From contig JBJKYD010000010.1 of the NCBI GenBank assembly GCA_045561295.1, forward strand, positions 64,001 to 128,000: a stretch of 64,000 nt of DNA. Direction: 5' to 3'. Source of the stretch: Gammaproteobacteria bacterium. GTDB lineage: Bacteria > Pseudomonadota > Gammaproteobacteria > GCA-002705445 > GCA-002716945. Numbering within the stretch: position 1 is the stretch's first letter; every line of letters starts with the position of its first letter. The position numbers were made by a program, and so were the translations under genes. The notes under the pieces were generated by a model. It ran no database searches, was not told the origin of the DNA, and saw nothing but the letters and a program-made list of their open reading frames with translations. Below are positions 51,298 to 61,332 of this stretch, piece after piece.

Positions 51298-54282
51298 TTA
51301 ATTGATGATAGGTTTAAACGATTGGGTTACTTTAATTTCAGGGTCGCTCCAAGGACCTTTTATAGAGTATTCAATTCCTGCAAGTTTATTTGTATCAACT
51401 CCAAATTCCTTGAGGAGTTTGTCATAAAATATTGAAGCGGCGGCACCTATTGGCCCACCTATAACTGCTCCTGTAACAAGACTTGTAGAAGATAGATCAG
51501 GTATAAAGATAAGGACTTGGTTATGTGTTTGATTGATAAGGTCTGATTTGCCAGATAATCTCATTTCACCGAAACTCCCAGTTATCGTCATTTTTTTTGT
51601 ATCTGCTATTCCTGAATTTAGATCAATCTCTGTATTAAGATTATCAAAACTAAGTCCTGTAGAAAAAAAATCTGAGAAATCTAAAGATAGTCTTTTTGGT
51701 ATTGATGATATGCTAAATAATCCTAAAACTTGACCGAGGGCTTGAGTCCCCTTGTCTAATTCATTTATTTGTCCCTTTTCAATATTGAATTTCAGAGTAC
51801 CTATTGTTTTTGAGAAACCAAAATCCTGAATAGAGCCTTCCCATGTCCCAGATAATTCAGCTTGTAATTTTCCACCTTTAATAGTGTCAGGATAGCCAAG
51901 TGTTTTTAGAGCAAGACCAAAATTATCACTTTTAATGTCTGCAAATAACTCTGTTCTGATTTTATCTTTAATGAACCATTTGCCAGATGATGTCATTTCT
52001 AAATGGTTATTTTTAAAATTAAGTTTAGTTATTTCTATATATTCATTCATCGGTATCATAATAAGATTAAAATTATCGAAAACTAAATTATTAGATTTTA
52101 AATATTTAGCTTTAATATTTATTTTTGGCAATGAAGCAAGAAAATTACCTCCAGCAAAAAAACTTGTATCAATATACTCAAATGATCCATTCAGAACTTC
52201 ATCTTTATCTAAGGCTTTAGGATATTTTATAAATCCTCTTGCTGCAGGTGATTTAATCTTAAGATAGAAATATTTCGATTCATTTTTAATTTCTAAATTA
52301 TGTTTATCTACTGATATTTTTATTGGATATGAAACTGAAGAGGAGTATTGATAATTTAAAATAGTACTAAGTTTTTCTTCAGGTTTTTTTATAGATGATT
52401 GGTAAATATCAATGGATACTCCCTCTAAATCACTGGAGGCATATAAATTTATCTCTCCATTTTTTTTATTATAGGATATTTTAGATTTAACCAAAGATTT
52501 TCCCTTGATTATATTATTATCAATCATAGATAGTTTAGTTAAAAGAGCAGTATCAATTTTTCCTAATGACGACATGATATATTCATAAGTCTTTGGTTTG
52601 ATATTAGTATCTATACTGGATGTTTGATTCTGATTATTTAAGCTTAACGTGAACTTATTTGATTTAATCATATTAGATGAATGAAATAAGTCTATTTTAT
52701 CTGAAGATAAATAAACGGAATCAAAATTATTTAGATAAAAGTTTCTTATTTTCGTTTTAGCGAAAATCTTATTATTATGATAGTAAATATTACTATTGAA
52801 GCTACCAGAGATTTCCAATTTATCTTTTTCTATACCAGAATAAATAGTTCGTTTAATTTCTTTAACACTACTTAAAAGTTCGATCTTTAATGATGGATAT
52901 TTTGATATTTTCTTGCCACTGATTGATATCCGATGGCCATTTTCATCCTCAAGATTATTGCTACTAAAGTATATTGATTTCCCTCTTATATTATAAGTAA
53001 TGGATCCATTCATTTTGTCTATTGAATTAGTCATATTATTACTCATAGAAACACTATTTATATTCATTCTTCCCTTCTTTAGATCTCCATGCATATCAAA
53101 AGATATGTCATTTAACTGATATTGTTCATTAAGTTCAAATAGCGGGCTATCAACTGTAAAAGAGAAATAATTCAAAATATCTTTGTTGGATGTATGTATT
53201 TGAAGATTTTTTATACTGGGATTTTTCAACTTAGACAGATAATCATAATTAAATAAGTTAGCCTTTTTTGATAGAACATCAATAATCTGATAGCTATCTT
53301 TCTTAATAAATACCTTTATCTGTTTAGATTTAGTCTTACTAACTACAATTTTGTTATCATTTATTTTTTTATCATTTAGAAGATAATTAAGTCTCATAAG
53401 ACTAAGTGTCTCTAATGTTTTATTTTTAACATAAAGAATATCACTGTTGACGTTTTTTATTTTAAGATTTCTGAGAGGGAGTTTTACATCCAGTTGGCTA
53501 GCAGTAATATTGCCAGCTAGTTTCTCTATTTTCATATTGTTTAAATCCATCCATACTCTAAAAGAAATACGGTCAGATTTTATTTGTTTTAAAGATGCAG
53601 GCAACATGTCATATGGTAATTTCACAGAGTTCCCGCTTAGATACACCTTACTTAGATTATTATCATCTTCTTTTTTTGCATGATATATGAACGTAATAGG
53701 ATCTAGACTTGATTTATGGAAAAAATTTGCATTGATAGTAAGCAAATTATTAAAACTACTGACTATTAAAGTATTAATTTTAAAATTTATAGTGTTATTT
53801 ATACTTTTATCATTCAGCTTGACTGTCGAGTTTTTAAGAATTATTTTAGGGATAACTGTATTACCAGTTTTATTAATCTCATCCATAAAACTTAAGTTGT
53901 TTATAGAGATCTTTGAATTATCCCGTGTAAGAATTATAGAAGTATCATTAACAATAATTTCACTGATATTCATCGACCTTTGAAATAAGCTTTGTAACAA
54001 ATCTATTCGAAATATACTAATAGGTGTATCTAGAATAATATTATTTTTTTTATCGTTGATTTTTAACTTTGATATATGAATATTTGGATTAATGCCTTCC
54101 CATTTAACTTTGACTGAATCAATTTTAGAAATAACATTATAATTATCAAGAAACTCTCTCTCTATAGTATTAGACAGTTTTTGATTAAAAGTAGATGTGT
54201 TTTCTGAGATGAATACTAAAGCAGAAAATGAGAAAAGTAAGATAATTATGATATTGAAGAATATTTTAATAATATTCTGCAT
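51298..54282 (-). CDS. yhdP: YhdP / AsmA-like lipid transport protein
   Basis: N-terminal TM, long beta-rich body, C-terminal KRLSLDFSD.F..GL.FD and Y.IKGPWSDP; usual position before nit-tldD. Confidence 0.8.
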   Translation of the reverse strand: MQNIIKIFFNIIIILLFSFSALVFISENTSTFNQKLSNTIEREFLDNYNVISKIDSVKVKWEGINPNIHISKLKINDKKNNIILDTPISIFRIDLLQSLFQRSMNISEIIVNDTSIILTRDNSKISINNLSFMDEINKTGNTVIPKIILKNSTVKLNDKSINNTINFKINTLIVSSFNNLLTINANFFHKSSLDPITFIYHAKKEDDNNLSKVYLSGNSVKLPYDMLPASLKQIKSDRISFRVWMDLNNMKIEKLAGNITASQLDVKLPLRNLKIKNVNSDILYVKNKTLETLSLMRLNYLLNDKKINDNKIVVSKTKSKQIKVFIKKDSYQIIDVLSKKANLFNYDYLSKLKNPSIKNLQIHTSNKDILNYFSFTVDSPLFELNEQYQLNDISFDMHGDLKKGRMNINSVSMSNNMTNSIDKMNGSITYNIRGKSIYFSSNNLEDENGHRISISGKKISKYPSLKIELLSSVKEIKRTIYSGIEKDKLEISGSFNSNIYYHNNKIFAKTKIRNFYLNNFDSVYLSSDKIDLFHSSNMIKSNKFTLSLNNQNQTSSIDTNIKPKTYEYIMSSLGKIDTALLTKLSMIDNNIIKGKSLVKSKISYNKKNGEINLYASSDLEGVSIDIYQSSIKKPEEKLSTILNYQYSSSVSYPIKISVDKHNLEIKNESKYFYLKIKSPAARGFIKYPKALDKDEVLNGSFEYIDTSFFAGGNFLASLPKINIKAKYLKSNNLVFDNFNLIMIPMNEYIEITKLNFKNNHLEMTSSGKWFIKDKIRTELFADIKSDNFGLALKTLGYPDTIKGGKLQAELSGTWEGSIQDFGFSKTIGTLKFNIEKGQINELDKGTQALGQVLGLFSISSIPKRLSLDFSDFFSTGLSFDNLNTEIDLNSGIADTKKMTITGSFGEMRLSGKSDLINQTHNQVLIFIPDLSSTSLVTGAVIGGPIGAAASIFYDKLLKEFGVDTNKLAGIEYSIKGPWSDPEIKVTQSFKPIIN

Positions 54283-54284
54283 AT

Positions 54285-54620
54285 TTAAATCATATTTTCA
54301 TTATTTAAGCTTTCATCCCAAAGCTTTTCAAGAGAATAAAATTCCCTTGTTTCCGGATGCATGACATGAACTAGTACGTCACCAAAATCAATCAGTATCC
54401 ATTCTGACTTTGAATACCCTTCTATACCTATAGGTTTAATCTTTGTTTTTTTTAGTTTCTTTATTATATTATCTGATATTGACTTAACGTGTCTTGTGGA
54501 TCTTCCTGATGCTATAATCATAGTATCAGTCACAGATGATTTATTTTTAACATTTAAAGATATAATATCTTCTGCTTTGAGTTCCTCTAATATTGAATTT
54601 ATCTCATCGTTTAAAATCAT
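54285..54620 (-). CDS. rsfS: Ribosome silencing factor
   Basis: KAEDI, IIASG.S.RHV, WILIDFGDV.VH, REFYSLEKLW. Confidence 0.95.
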   Translation of the reverse strand: MILNDEINSILEELKAEDIISLNVKNKSSVTDTMIIASGRSTRHVKSISDNIIKKLKKTKIKPIGIEGYSKSEWILIDFGDVLVHVMHPETREFYSLEKLWDESLNNENMI

Positions 54621-55273
54621 CTATATAATCCTTTATCAAGTATATATTTATTATTTTCGTTAGATACGTAATTCATAATAGATTCATTCCTACTGACATG
54701 CTCCCTGACCATTGTTGAAGATATAATTGATTTATGTTTTTGAGAAAAATATATCTTTCCACATTTAGTTTTATTAAATAAATTAATATTTTCTTCAAGT
54801 AAACTTTTTATATGTTCCATATTATCATATCTTAAAATATTATCCCTAACCAACACTACAATATTTACTATCTTCATAATTTCATGGTACTTATACCATT
54901 TAGTAAATGATATAAAATTATCTTCACCAATAATAAGTCGTAATTTGTTTTGTGGATATAATTCTTCGAAATATTTCAATGTATTAAACGAATATGAAAT
55001 ATCTGGTGATTTTAATTCATAATCATCAATACTTAAGGACTTATCTTGAGCTGTTGCATTTTCTAACATTTTTAGTCTGTCAGATTTATTAGCTTTAAAA
55101 ACTTTACCCACAGGTGATGTTCCGGTCGGAACGTAGATAATTTTATCTAGTTCGAAATGATTCTTAATTTTTAAGGGTATATCTATATGAGCATTATGCA
55201 CAGGATCAAATGATCCTAAATATAGACCTATGATAGACTGTTTAATTTCGTATGACTCCTCTACTATTAACAA
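54617..55273 (-). CDS. nadD: Nicotinate-nucleotide adenylyltransferase
   Basis: GSFDPVHNAH, IIGEDN, ISSTMVR; proA-nadD-rsfS order. Start uncertain. Confidence 0.9.
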   Translation of the reverse strand: MLIVEESYEIKQSIIGLYLGSFDPVHNAHIDIPLKIKNHFELDKIIYVPTGTSPVGKVFKANKSDRLKMLENATAQDKSLSIDDYELKSPDISYSFNTLKYFEELYPQNKLRLIIGEDNFISFTKWYKYHEIMKIVNIVVLVRDNILRYDNMEHIKSLLEENINLFNKTKCGKIYFSQKHKSIISSTMVREHVSRNESIMNYVSNENNKYILDKGLYR

Positions 55274-56507
55274 TATATTTTAGATTTGTTAATCCCTCTA
55301 GTCCAACTGGACCGCGAGCATGTATTTTATCTGTACTAATTCCAATTTCAGCACCTAATCCATATTCATATCCGTCTGCAAATCTAGTTGACGTATTAAC
55401 CATCACAGAACTAGAATCAACCTCTCTGAGAAACTTGTCTTGAGTATTTTTGTTTTTTGATATTATAGCCTCAGTATGTTTACTTCCATACTTTTCAATG
55501 TGTGATATCGCATCGTCAATACTAGGAACAATTTTTACAGATATTATTGGTTTCAAATATTCCTCATACCAATCAGACTCTTTTGCACTTTTTATCTTAG
55601 GATGTAATTTCTTTGTTTGACTACATCCTCTAATCTCAACTTTATGCCCTTCTAATATATGAAGAATTTCTTTGATATAAGATTTTGGAAAACTCTTATG
55701 AATTAATAATGACTCTGCAGCATTGCACACACCATACCTTTGAGTCTTAGAGTTTATTGTACATGACATTGCTGTTTTAAAGTCAGCGTCCTTATCAATA
55801 TATACGTGACAATTACCATCAAGATGCTTAATTACTGGAATCTTAGATTCTTCTGATACTTTTTTAATTAGGCCTTTCCCGCCACGAGGTATTATAACAT
55901 CGATAAAAGAGTCCATTTTCAAAAGCTCACTAACAGCAACCCTATCTATAGTCTTAACAATTTGAACCATATCTGCTGATACCTTACTCTCAAGAAGTGC
56001 TTTTTTGATAAGACTAGATAATATTAAATTACTATTTATCGCTTCACTGCCTCCTCTAAGGATAATACTATTACCCGATTTTAAAGATAACCCTGCAGCA
56101 TCAATTGTAACATTTGGTCTTGATTCGTAAATCATAGCAATAACACCCAGAGGAACTCTCATTTGCTCGACAGTTATTCCACTGGATTGTCTAGATTTAT
56201 TGATTTTTTTATAGAGTGTATCTGGTATTGTGTTTATTTCTTCGAGTCCATTTATCATAGTTTTAATTCTACTGCTATTAATAAGAAGTCTATCTATAAG
56301 TGCATCTGAAAGGTTATTTTGCTTTGCTAGTTTTATATCGATTGAGTTTTTCTTAATAATTGTTAGATTGTTATTCTTTAAATTCTTAATAACTTTTTTG
56401 ATTATCATTACTCGTTGAATACTAGAAAGTGATCTAGCTGCCATGGCCGCGCGCTGAGATGCCACACAAATACCTTTTATATATTTTTTTATGTCAGTTT
56501 TATTCAT
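55242..56507 (-). CDS. proA: Gamma-glutamyl phosphate reductase
   Basis: VPLGVI..IYESRPNVT, PRGG, CNAAE, NTSTRFADG, HARGPVGL. Confidence 0.97.
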   Translation of the reverse strand: MNKTDIKKYIKGICVASQRAAMAARSLSSIQRVMIIKKVIKNLKNNNLTIIKKNSIDIKLAKQNNLSDALIDRLLINSSRIKTMINGLEEINTIPDTLYKKINKSRQSSGITVEQMRVPLGVIAMIYESRPNVTIDAAGLSLKSGNSIILRGGSEAINSNLILSSLIKKALLESKVSADMVQIVKTIDRVAVSELLKMDSFIDVIIPRGGKGLIKKVSEESKIPVIKHLDGNCHVYIDKDADFKTAMSCTINSKTQRYGVCNAAESLLIHKSFPKSYIKEILHILEGHKVEIRGCSQTKKLHPKIKSAKESDWYEEYLKPIISVKIVPSIDDAISHIEKYGSKHTEAIISKNKNTQDKFLREVDSSSVMVNTSTRFADGYEYGLGAEIGISTDKIHARGPVGLEGLTNLKYIVNSRGVIRN

Positions 56508-57469
56508 ACTTGCGTATTATTATTCATTATAATTGAGAATAAATCATTAAAACTTGCCCATGAGTTGGAATTTTTTGAATTATATTTACTATTTATATCT
56601 AATTTTACAATATTTTTAAGTGCATTCAACAAACTGTCAGTTGTATACCGACTAGATGCTACGTTATATTTTGTTTGCAAGAATTGAGGAATAAATGGTT
56701 TATTATTTTTTGATTGTTGAATCAAATATAGTTTTTCTAATTCAGAATTTAACAAAAAAATAATATATGTCAGTGGAGAATTTATGCTTTGAAGATAATT
56801 ACTGATTTTAAGAAACTTTAGATAATCTTTATTTAGTAGGGTATCAACTAAATCATACTCTCCATACTTAGAATTTTCTGCAGTGTCTCTCTTATCAATA
56901 ACATCCATCAGGCTTTTTTGATAAATAGTTTGTGATATTGATAAACTATTATTAAAATTTAATTCAATCAAATTGCTTATAAATTGATCATCGTGACTAA
57001 TCTTATTTATTTTACATTTATTAATAACCCACTGCTCAAGAAGTTTACCTTTTAGTTCATATAGCTCAATCAAACATGAATTTGAGCTGATATGTTTATA
57101 AAACTTTGTGTTTTTGAACGATGATGGCTGTCTATCTAATTTAATAATAATTCTATTTTGATTTTTATTGGTAATAACAGTTTCAATAAATACCTTAAGG
57201 TTTTTTGGTATTGAATTGGACACGATATTCAGTGTTATTATTTTTTTATCGTCAAATAATGACTGTTCAAAATAACTATTATTTATAATATCTGTTTGAG
57301 AATCATCATCTATTACATAGGTCTGCTGCTTGTAGTCAAGTTTCTTATAAAAGTTTAAAATATCATGCTCTAATTCATTACTGATGTTCCTTGGATTGCC
57401 ATGTATAAAAAACAGTACCATCTCTGATGATAAAGGTAGTTTTTTAAATTTAATATAATCAACTATCAT
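56504..57469 (-). CDS. holA: DNA polymerase III delta subunit, divergent
   Basis: FFIHG, QSLFDDKKII and ..QWV pattern; size and position upstream of proA-nadD. Confidence 0.7.
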   Translation of the reverse strand: MIVDYIKFKKLPLSSEMVLFFIHGNPRNISNELEHDILNFYKKLDYKQQTYVIDDDSQTDIINNSYFEQSLFDDKKIITLNIVSNSIPKNLKVFIETVITNKNQNRIIIKLDRQPSSFKNTKFYKHISSNSCLIELYELKGKLLEQWVINKCKINKISHDDQFISNLIELNFNNSLSISQTIYQKSLMDVIDKRDTAENSKYGEYDLVDTLLNKDYLKFLKISNYLQSINSPLTYIIFLLNSELEKLYLIQQSKNNKPFIPQFLQTKYNVASSRYTTDSLLNALKNIVKLDINSKYNSKNSNSWASFNDLFSIIMNNNTQV

Positions 57470-57496
57470 GAGTTGAATTATACTATATTAGACACT

Positions 57497-58384
57497 ATGA
57501 AGAGAGCTAAAAAAAATAAGATTGGTTTTGTTGGTTTAGGTATTATGGGCAAGCCCATGGTTGTCAATCTAATCAAAGACGGATATAAAGTTAGCTTCTT
57601 TGCTCGAAAGAAAAAGATCATCAATGAAATTTGTAAGATTGGGGGGATATTTGTACCATTAATTAAAGACTTACCATTACACGCAGACACAATAATTACA
57701 AATTTACCTAATACAAAAGATGTAAAAGAAGTTGTAATTGGAAAAAATGGATTATTGCCTAATTTAAATAAAGATGCATGTATCATAGATATGAGCACTA
57801 TTTCACCAGAAGGAACAAAAAATATAAGCGCTACTTTGAAAAGAAAAGGGGTTTTTTTTATTGATGCTCCTGTATCTGGTGGTGAAGCAGGTGCCATCTC
57901 TGGTGAGCTATCCATAATGGCTGGAGGTGAAAAGAAAGCTTTCACTAAAGTTAAACCTATACTTTCCGTGCTTGGCAAAAAAATTACTTATATTGGCGCA
58001 AGTGGCTCAGGACAAATATGCAAGTTATGTAACCAAATATTAGTAGCTCAAACAATTAACTCAATAAGCCAAATTATAGGTATAGCAATGAAGGCTAAAA
58101 TTAAACCTGACATAATTAGGAGAGCTTTACTAGGCGGTTATGCAAATAGTAAGATATTAGAGATACACGGTGAAAGGATGATAAAGTCTGATTACAAGCC
58201 TGGGTTTAAACTGTCACTTCATAATAAAGACCTGAATATTGCTAAATCATTTACGAGATCTTTAGGGCTAAATTTTAAAGGTCTTAATGAGGTAAAAAAA
58301 ATAATGGATGAAGCAGAAAATACAGGGTATTCCGAATCAGATTCATCAGTCATACATCGTATATTAGAAAAAACTTATAAATAA
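57497..58384 (+). CDS. 2-hydroxy-3-oxopropionate reductase (GarR/GlxR, beta-hydroxyacid dehydrogenase family)
   Basis: GFVGLGIMGKPM, DMSTISP, DAPVSGG, KLCNQ, GG.A.SKILE.HG.RM, PGF...LH.KD. Confidence 0.85.
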   Translation: MKRAKKNKIGFVGLGIMGKPMVVNLIKDGYKVSFFARKKKIINEICKIGGIFVPLIKDLPLHADTIITNLPNTKDVKEVVIGKNGLLPNLNKDACIIDMSTISPEGTKNISATLKRKGVFFIDAPVSGGEAGAISGELSIMAGGEKKAFTKVKPILSVLGKKITYIGASGSGQICKLCNQILVAQTINSISQIIGIAMKAKIKPDIIRRALLGGYANSKILEIHGERMIKSDYKPGFKLSLHNKDLNIAKSFTRSLGLNFKGLNEVKKIMDEAENTGYSESDSSVIHRILEKTYK

Positions 58385-58422
58385 TTATTAAGCTTTTATA
58401 AATAATATATTATAATGCGAGT

Positions 58423-58821
58423 ATGGAAGCCAAATACGAGAAAATCTATAGAGATCTCAATGTAACCCCTACAAAACAGAGGGTCGATTTAGCTCATCTC
58501 ATTTTTGCTAAAAAGCAACACTTCACTGCAGCAGACTTAATAAGTTTAGCTGATAAAAATAAGTTGAATATCTCTATGGCTACAGTATACAATACATTAT
58601 CTCTATTGGAGGACAAAGGAATGCTAAAAACAATTAATATAGACAACGAACTTAAGTTTTATGACACGAATCTAGATGATCATCATCATCTCTACAATAC
58701 TACAATGAGCACACTTACTGATATAGCTCATAACAGAGTTACATTCGCTGAATTACCTGAATTACCAAAAACTTTAGAAATAGAGAGCACAGAGCTCTTG
58801 ATAAAAGTCAAAAATAAATAA
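58423..58821 (+). CDS. irr: Fur-family regulator, Irr type
   Basis: T.QR, HFTA, SMATVYNTL and FYDTN..DHHH (Irr HHH motif); no CxxC motifs. Confidence 0.75.
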   Translation: MEAKYEKIYRDLNVTPTKQRVDLAHLIFAKKQHFTAADLISLADKNKLNISMATVYNTLSLLEDKGMLKTINIDNELKFYDTNLDDHHHLYNTTMSTLTDIAHNRVTFAELPELPKTLEIESTELLIKVKNK

Positions 58822-58823
58822 CT

Positions 58824-59405
58824 TTAGTTATTATTTAAATCCTTAATTAAGCTTGCTCTAGTATCGGGCTCTAAATCGATTTCCTTATTGTATTCATTGT
58901 GGTTTACACCCATGCTGATTTTTTCGTTCGATAAAAATTCAGTTATATCGTCTTGGTCAAGCTGAAATCTTAAAAAGTGAACAGCAGATGTTTTGTTATC
59001 TGTGCTTCTTTCAAGATCTTCATCAGCAAATGCGGTAATCTTTCTAGAACCGCAAGACAACCAAATATTATTTTCGATGCCATGTAATTTAGATAGCATA
59101 ACTTTCCTCTCATCAACATCAGGGTACATAATAAGCAATGTTGCTTTTAAGTTATCTCCGTCAGGGATCAAAGGATTATATGCATCAATCTCTTCTTGCA
59201 TTTCTCTTTTATTAAATATTTTTTCTATTCTAAGCATCTCTTGAACTTGATATTTAATAGTTGAGTAGTCTTCAAATAATAAAATAACATGTTCCCCGAT
59301 AGAGACAGTTCTATTTTTTTTATGATTAATTAGATCTTTTTTAATTACTTCTCTTTGATCATCATAATCTTCCAAAGAAAGTAAATCTTCAATTTTTAGT
59401 TTCAT
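58824..59405 (-). CDS. DUF3501 family protein
   Basis: FE...T..YQVQEMLRIE, EI.AYNPL.P, KTSAVHFLRF; third gene of the rubrerythrin operon. Confidence 0.88.
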   Translation of the reverse strand: MKLKIEDLLSLEDYDDQREVIKKDLINHKKNRTVSIGEHVILLFEDYSTIKYQVQEMLRIEKIFNKREMQEEIDAYNPLIPDGDNLKATLLIMYPDVDERKVMLSKLHGIENNIWLSCGSRKITAFADEDLERSTDNKTSAVHFLRFQLDQDDITEFLSNEKISMGVNHNEYNKEIDLEPDTRASLIKDLNNN

Positions 59406-60733
59406 TTTTTTATTCCATAAGCTTTTTTAATTAAACTGATTGGGTGTTCTGGTGCTTGCATATTCCCGAGAGAGTTTTCAATATGATGTGCAGCTAAGGA
59501 ACAGTCGCTCGTGAAGCTATCAAACTTAGATTCCTTAAATGCCTTAGTTATTGGTCTAGCTATTTTAATTGCTATTTCATGAGTTTCAGCTTTAACCCCA
59601 TATGTACCATCATGTCCCGAGCATCTTTCAATTGCATTTACAGTGGTTCCAGGAACTAATTCTAAGATTTTTTTGGTCAGCATTCCAATATTTTGTACTC
59701 TCTGATGACAGGCAACTTGATACGATACATCACCCAATTCTGTGCCAAAATCTTTATTGAGGGTGCCTTCATTATTGAGAATATTTAAAAACTCAAAAGG
59801 GTCTCTGAAGGCTTTGGATACAAGCGATAATTCTTTATTTTCTGGAAAAAGTAGCGGTAGTTCTTGTTTATACATGAGAACGCATGAAGGAATCGGTGCA
59901 ACTAGAAGATATCCATCATCAACATATTTCTTAAATTTAGATAGATTTTTATTCATCATTTTTTCTACTAGTTCTATATCACCAAGTTCAAGTTTAGGCA
60001 TACCGCAGCAGTTATCATCTTTTATTATTTCAACAGTAATATTGTTATGTTTTAAAATATCATAAAAATCTTTGATAACACCGGGCTCATTATAATTATG
60101 ATAACAAGTCGTAAATATAGCTATCTTGTATTTAGAGTCGCTAACTTGATTTGATAACCCAAGTTGTTTTGCAGTCTTTGAGACAAACTGTGGTAGTTTA
60201 GCATTTTCATGAATACCAAATAATTTACTTAGAACTTTTCTAAATAATTTAACCTTGTTAAAAATATTTACTAAAGATGAGATAACTTTTCTCGAGAATA
60301 TTTGTCCTAATTTATCCGTTGAGGTGAGGACTTTATCTCTAAAAGATATTTTGTTTTTTGAGTTTTTGATTACTTTTCCCCTTAACATTAAATGTGGAAA
60401 ATCTATTTCCCATTCATGAGGAGGTACATAAGGGCATTTTGTCATGAAACATAAATCACACAAGTAACAATCATCTATTACTGATTCAAATTGATTATAT
60501 TGAACACCATCTACTTCAAAAGTTTCTGATTCATCTATAAGATCAAAAAGAGTTGGAAATGAGTTACATAGACTTACACATCTTCTACATCCATGACATG
60601 CATCTGCGACTCTTCTTAGTTCCTCTTCATACTTATCTTCATTTAGGAAATCTGGGTTCTTCCAATCTATAATATGCCTAGTTGGTTTCTCAAGACCGCC
60701 TTCTGACGAAGCTTTTGCAATACTATCTATCAT
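59402..60733 (-). CDS. Rubrerythrin-associated Fe-S oxidoreductase (GlpC/HdrD-like)
   Basis: CHGCRRCVSLC, CYLCDLC...KCPY, CCGMP, CH and RCSGHDG motifs. Confidence 0.9.
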   Translation of the reverse strand: MIDSIAKASSEGGLEKPTRHIIDWKNPDFLNEDKYEEELRRVADACHGCRRCVSLCNSFPTLFDLIDESETFEVDGVQYNQFESVIDDCYLCDLCFMTKCPYVPPHEWEIDFPHLMLRGKVIKNSKNKISFRDKVLTSTDKLGQIFSRKVISSLVNIFNKVKLFRKVLSKLFGIHENAKLPQFVSKTAKQLGLSNQVSDSKYKIAIFTTCYHNYNEPGVIKDFYDILKHNNITVEIIKDDNCCGMPKLELGDIELVEKMMNKNLSKFKKYVDDGYLLVAPIPSCVLMYKQELPLLFPENKELSLVSKAFRDPFEFLNILNNEGTLNKDFGTELGDVSYQVACHQRVQNIGMLTKKILELVPGTTVNAIERCSGHDGTYGVKAETHEIAIKIARPITKAFKESKFDSFTSDCSLAAHHIENSLGNMQAPEHPISLIKKAYGIKK

Positions 60734-60759
60734 TCATCTTCCCTGTATTATTAATTTAT

Positions 60760-60786
60760 ATGTGGGCGATGATACATCGCCCACAT
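60760..60786 (-). terminator. Hairpin after rubrerythrin (attenuator or stabiliser)
   Basis: 12-bp perfect stem ATGTGGGCGATG/CATCGCCCACAT. Confidence 0.7.
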
Positions 60787-60794
60787 TCACATGA

Positions 60795-61214
60795 TTAAGA
60801 TATTGATTCTAATGCTTTTGTAAAACGATTAGCATGTGATCTTTCTGCTTTAGCTAGTGTCTCAAACCAATCAGCAATTTCATCATGACCCTCGTCTCTT
60901 GCTGTTTTAGCCATACCAGGATACATGTCTGTGTATTCATGTGTTTCACCTGCTATTGCAGCTTTAAGATTAAGAACGCTATCTCCGATTGGTTCACCTG
61001 TAGCAGGGTCTCCACATTCTTTTTCTAAGTATTCTAAATGCCCATGAGCATGTCCTGTCTCACCTTCAGCTGTAGAACGAAAAACAGTAGCTATATCATT
61101 TTGACCTTCAACATCAGCTTTTGCAGCAAAATACAGATATCTTCTATTTGCTTGAGATTCCCCTGCAAATGCATCTTTTAAATTTTGTTCAGTTTTTGAA
61201 CCTTTTAAACTCAT
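60795..61214 (-). CDS. rbr: Rubrerythrin, short aerobic type without rubredoxin domain
   Basis: AFAGESQANRRY, EGETGHA, GET.EY..MYP, AE.SHA. Confidence 0.93.
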   Translation of the reverse strand: MSLKGSKTEQNLKDAFAGESQANRRYLYFAAKADVEGQNDIATVFRSTAEGETGHAHGHLEYLEKECGDPATGEPIGDSVLNLKAAIAGETHEYTDMYPGMAKTARDEGHDEIADWFETLAKAERSHANRFTKALESIS

Positions 61215-61234
61215 AATGTTCTCCTAGATTATTA

Positions 61235-61272
61235 TTTAGAATCATTCTAAATTTATACGATATATATGTCAA
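61235..61272 (-). promoter_or_regulatory. Sigma70 promoter of rbr with an Irr ICE operator over the -10
   Basis: TTGACA (61272-61267), 17-nt spacer, TAGAAT (61249-61244); ICE TTTAGAA-N3-TTCTAAA at 61235-61251. Confidence 0.85.
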
Positions 61273-61298
61273 TCAAATTCTGGTAAAATACAAAAGAT

Positions 61299-61317
61299 GA
61301 TAATGATTCTTGTTATC
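61299..61317. promoter_or_regulatory. Fur-box-like site
   Basis: GATAATGATTCTTGTTATC, a 15/19 match to GATAATGATAATCATTATC; the AT-rich background weakens it. Confidence 0.45.
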
Positions 61318-61332
61318 TTTTGAGAAAATATT

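Noticed and set aside
51298-54282. Very AT-rich stretch as foreign DNA
   Set aside because: It is yhdP in its usual yhdP-nit-tldD context; fast evolution in an AT-biased genome explains the composition.
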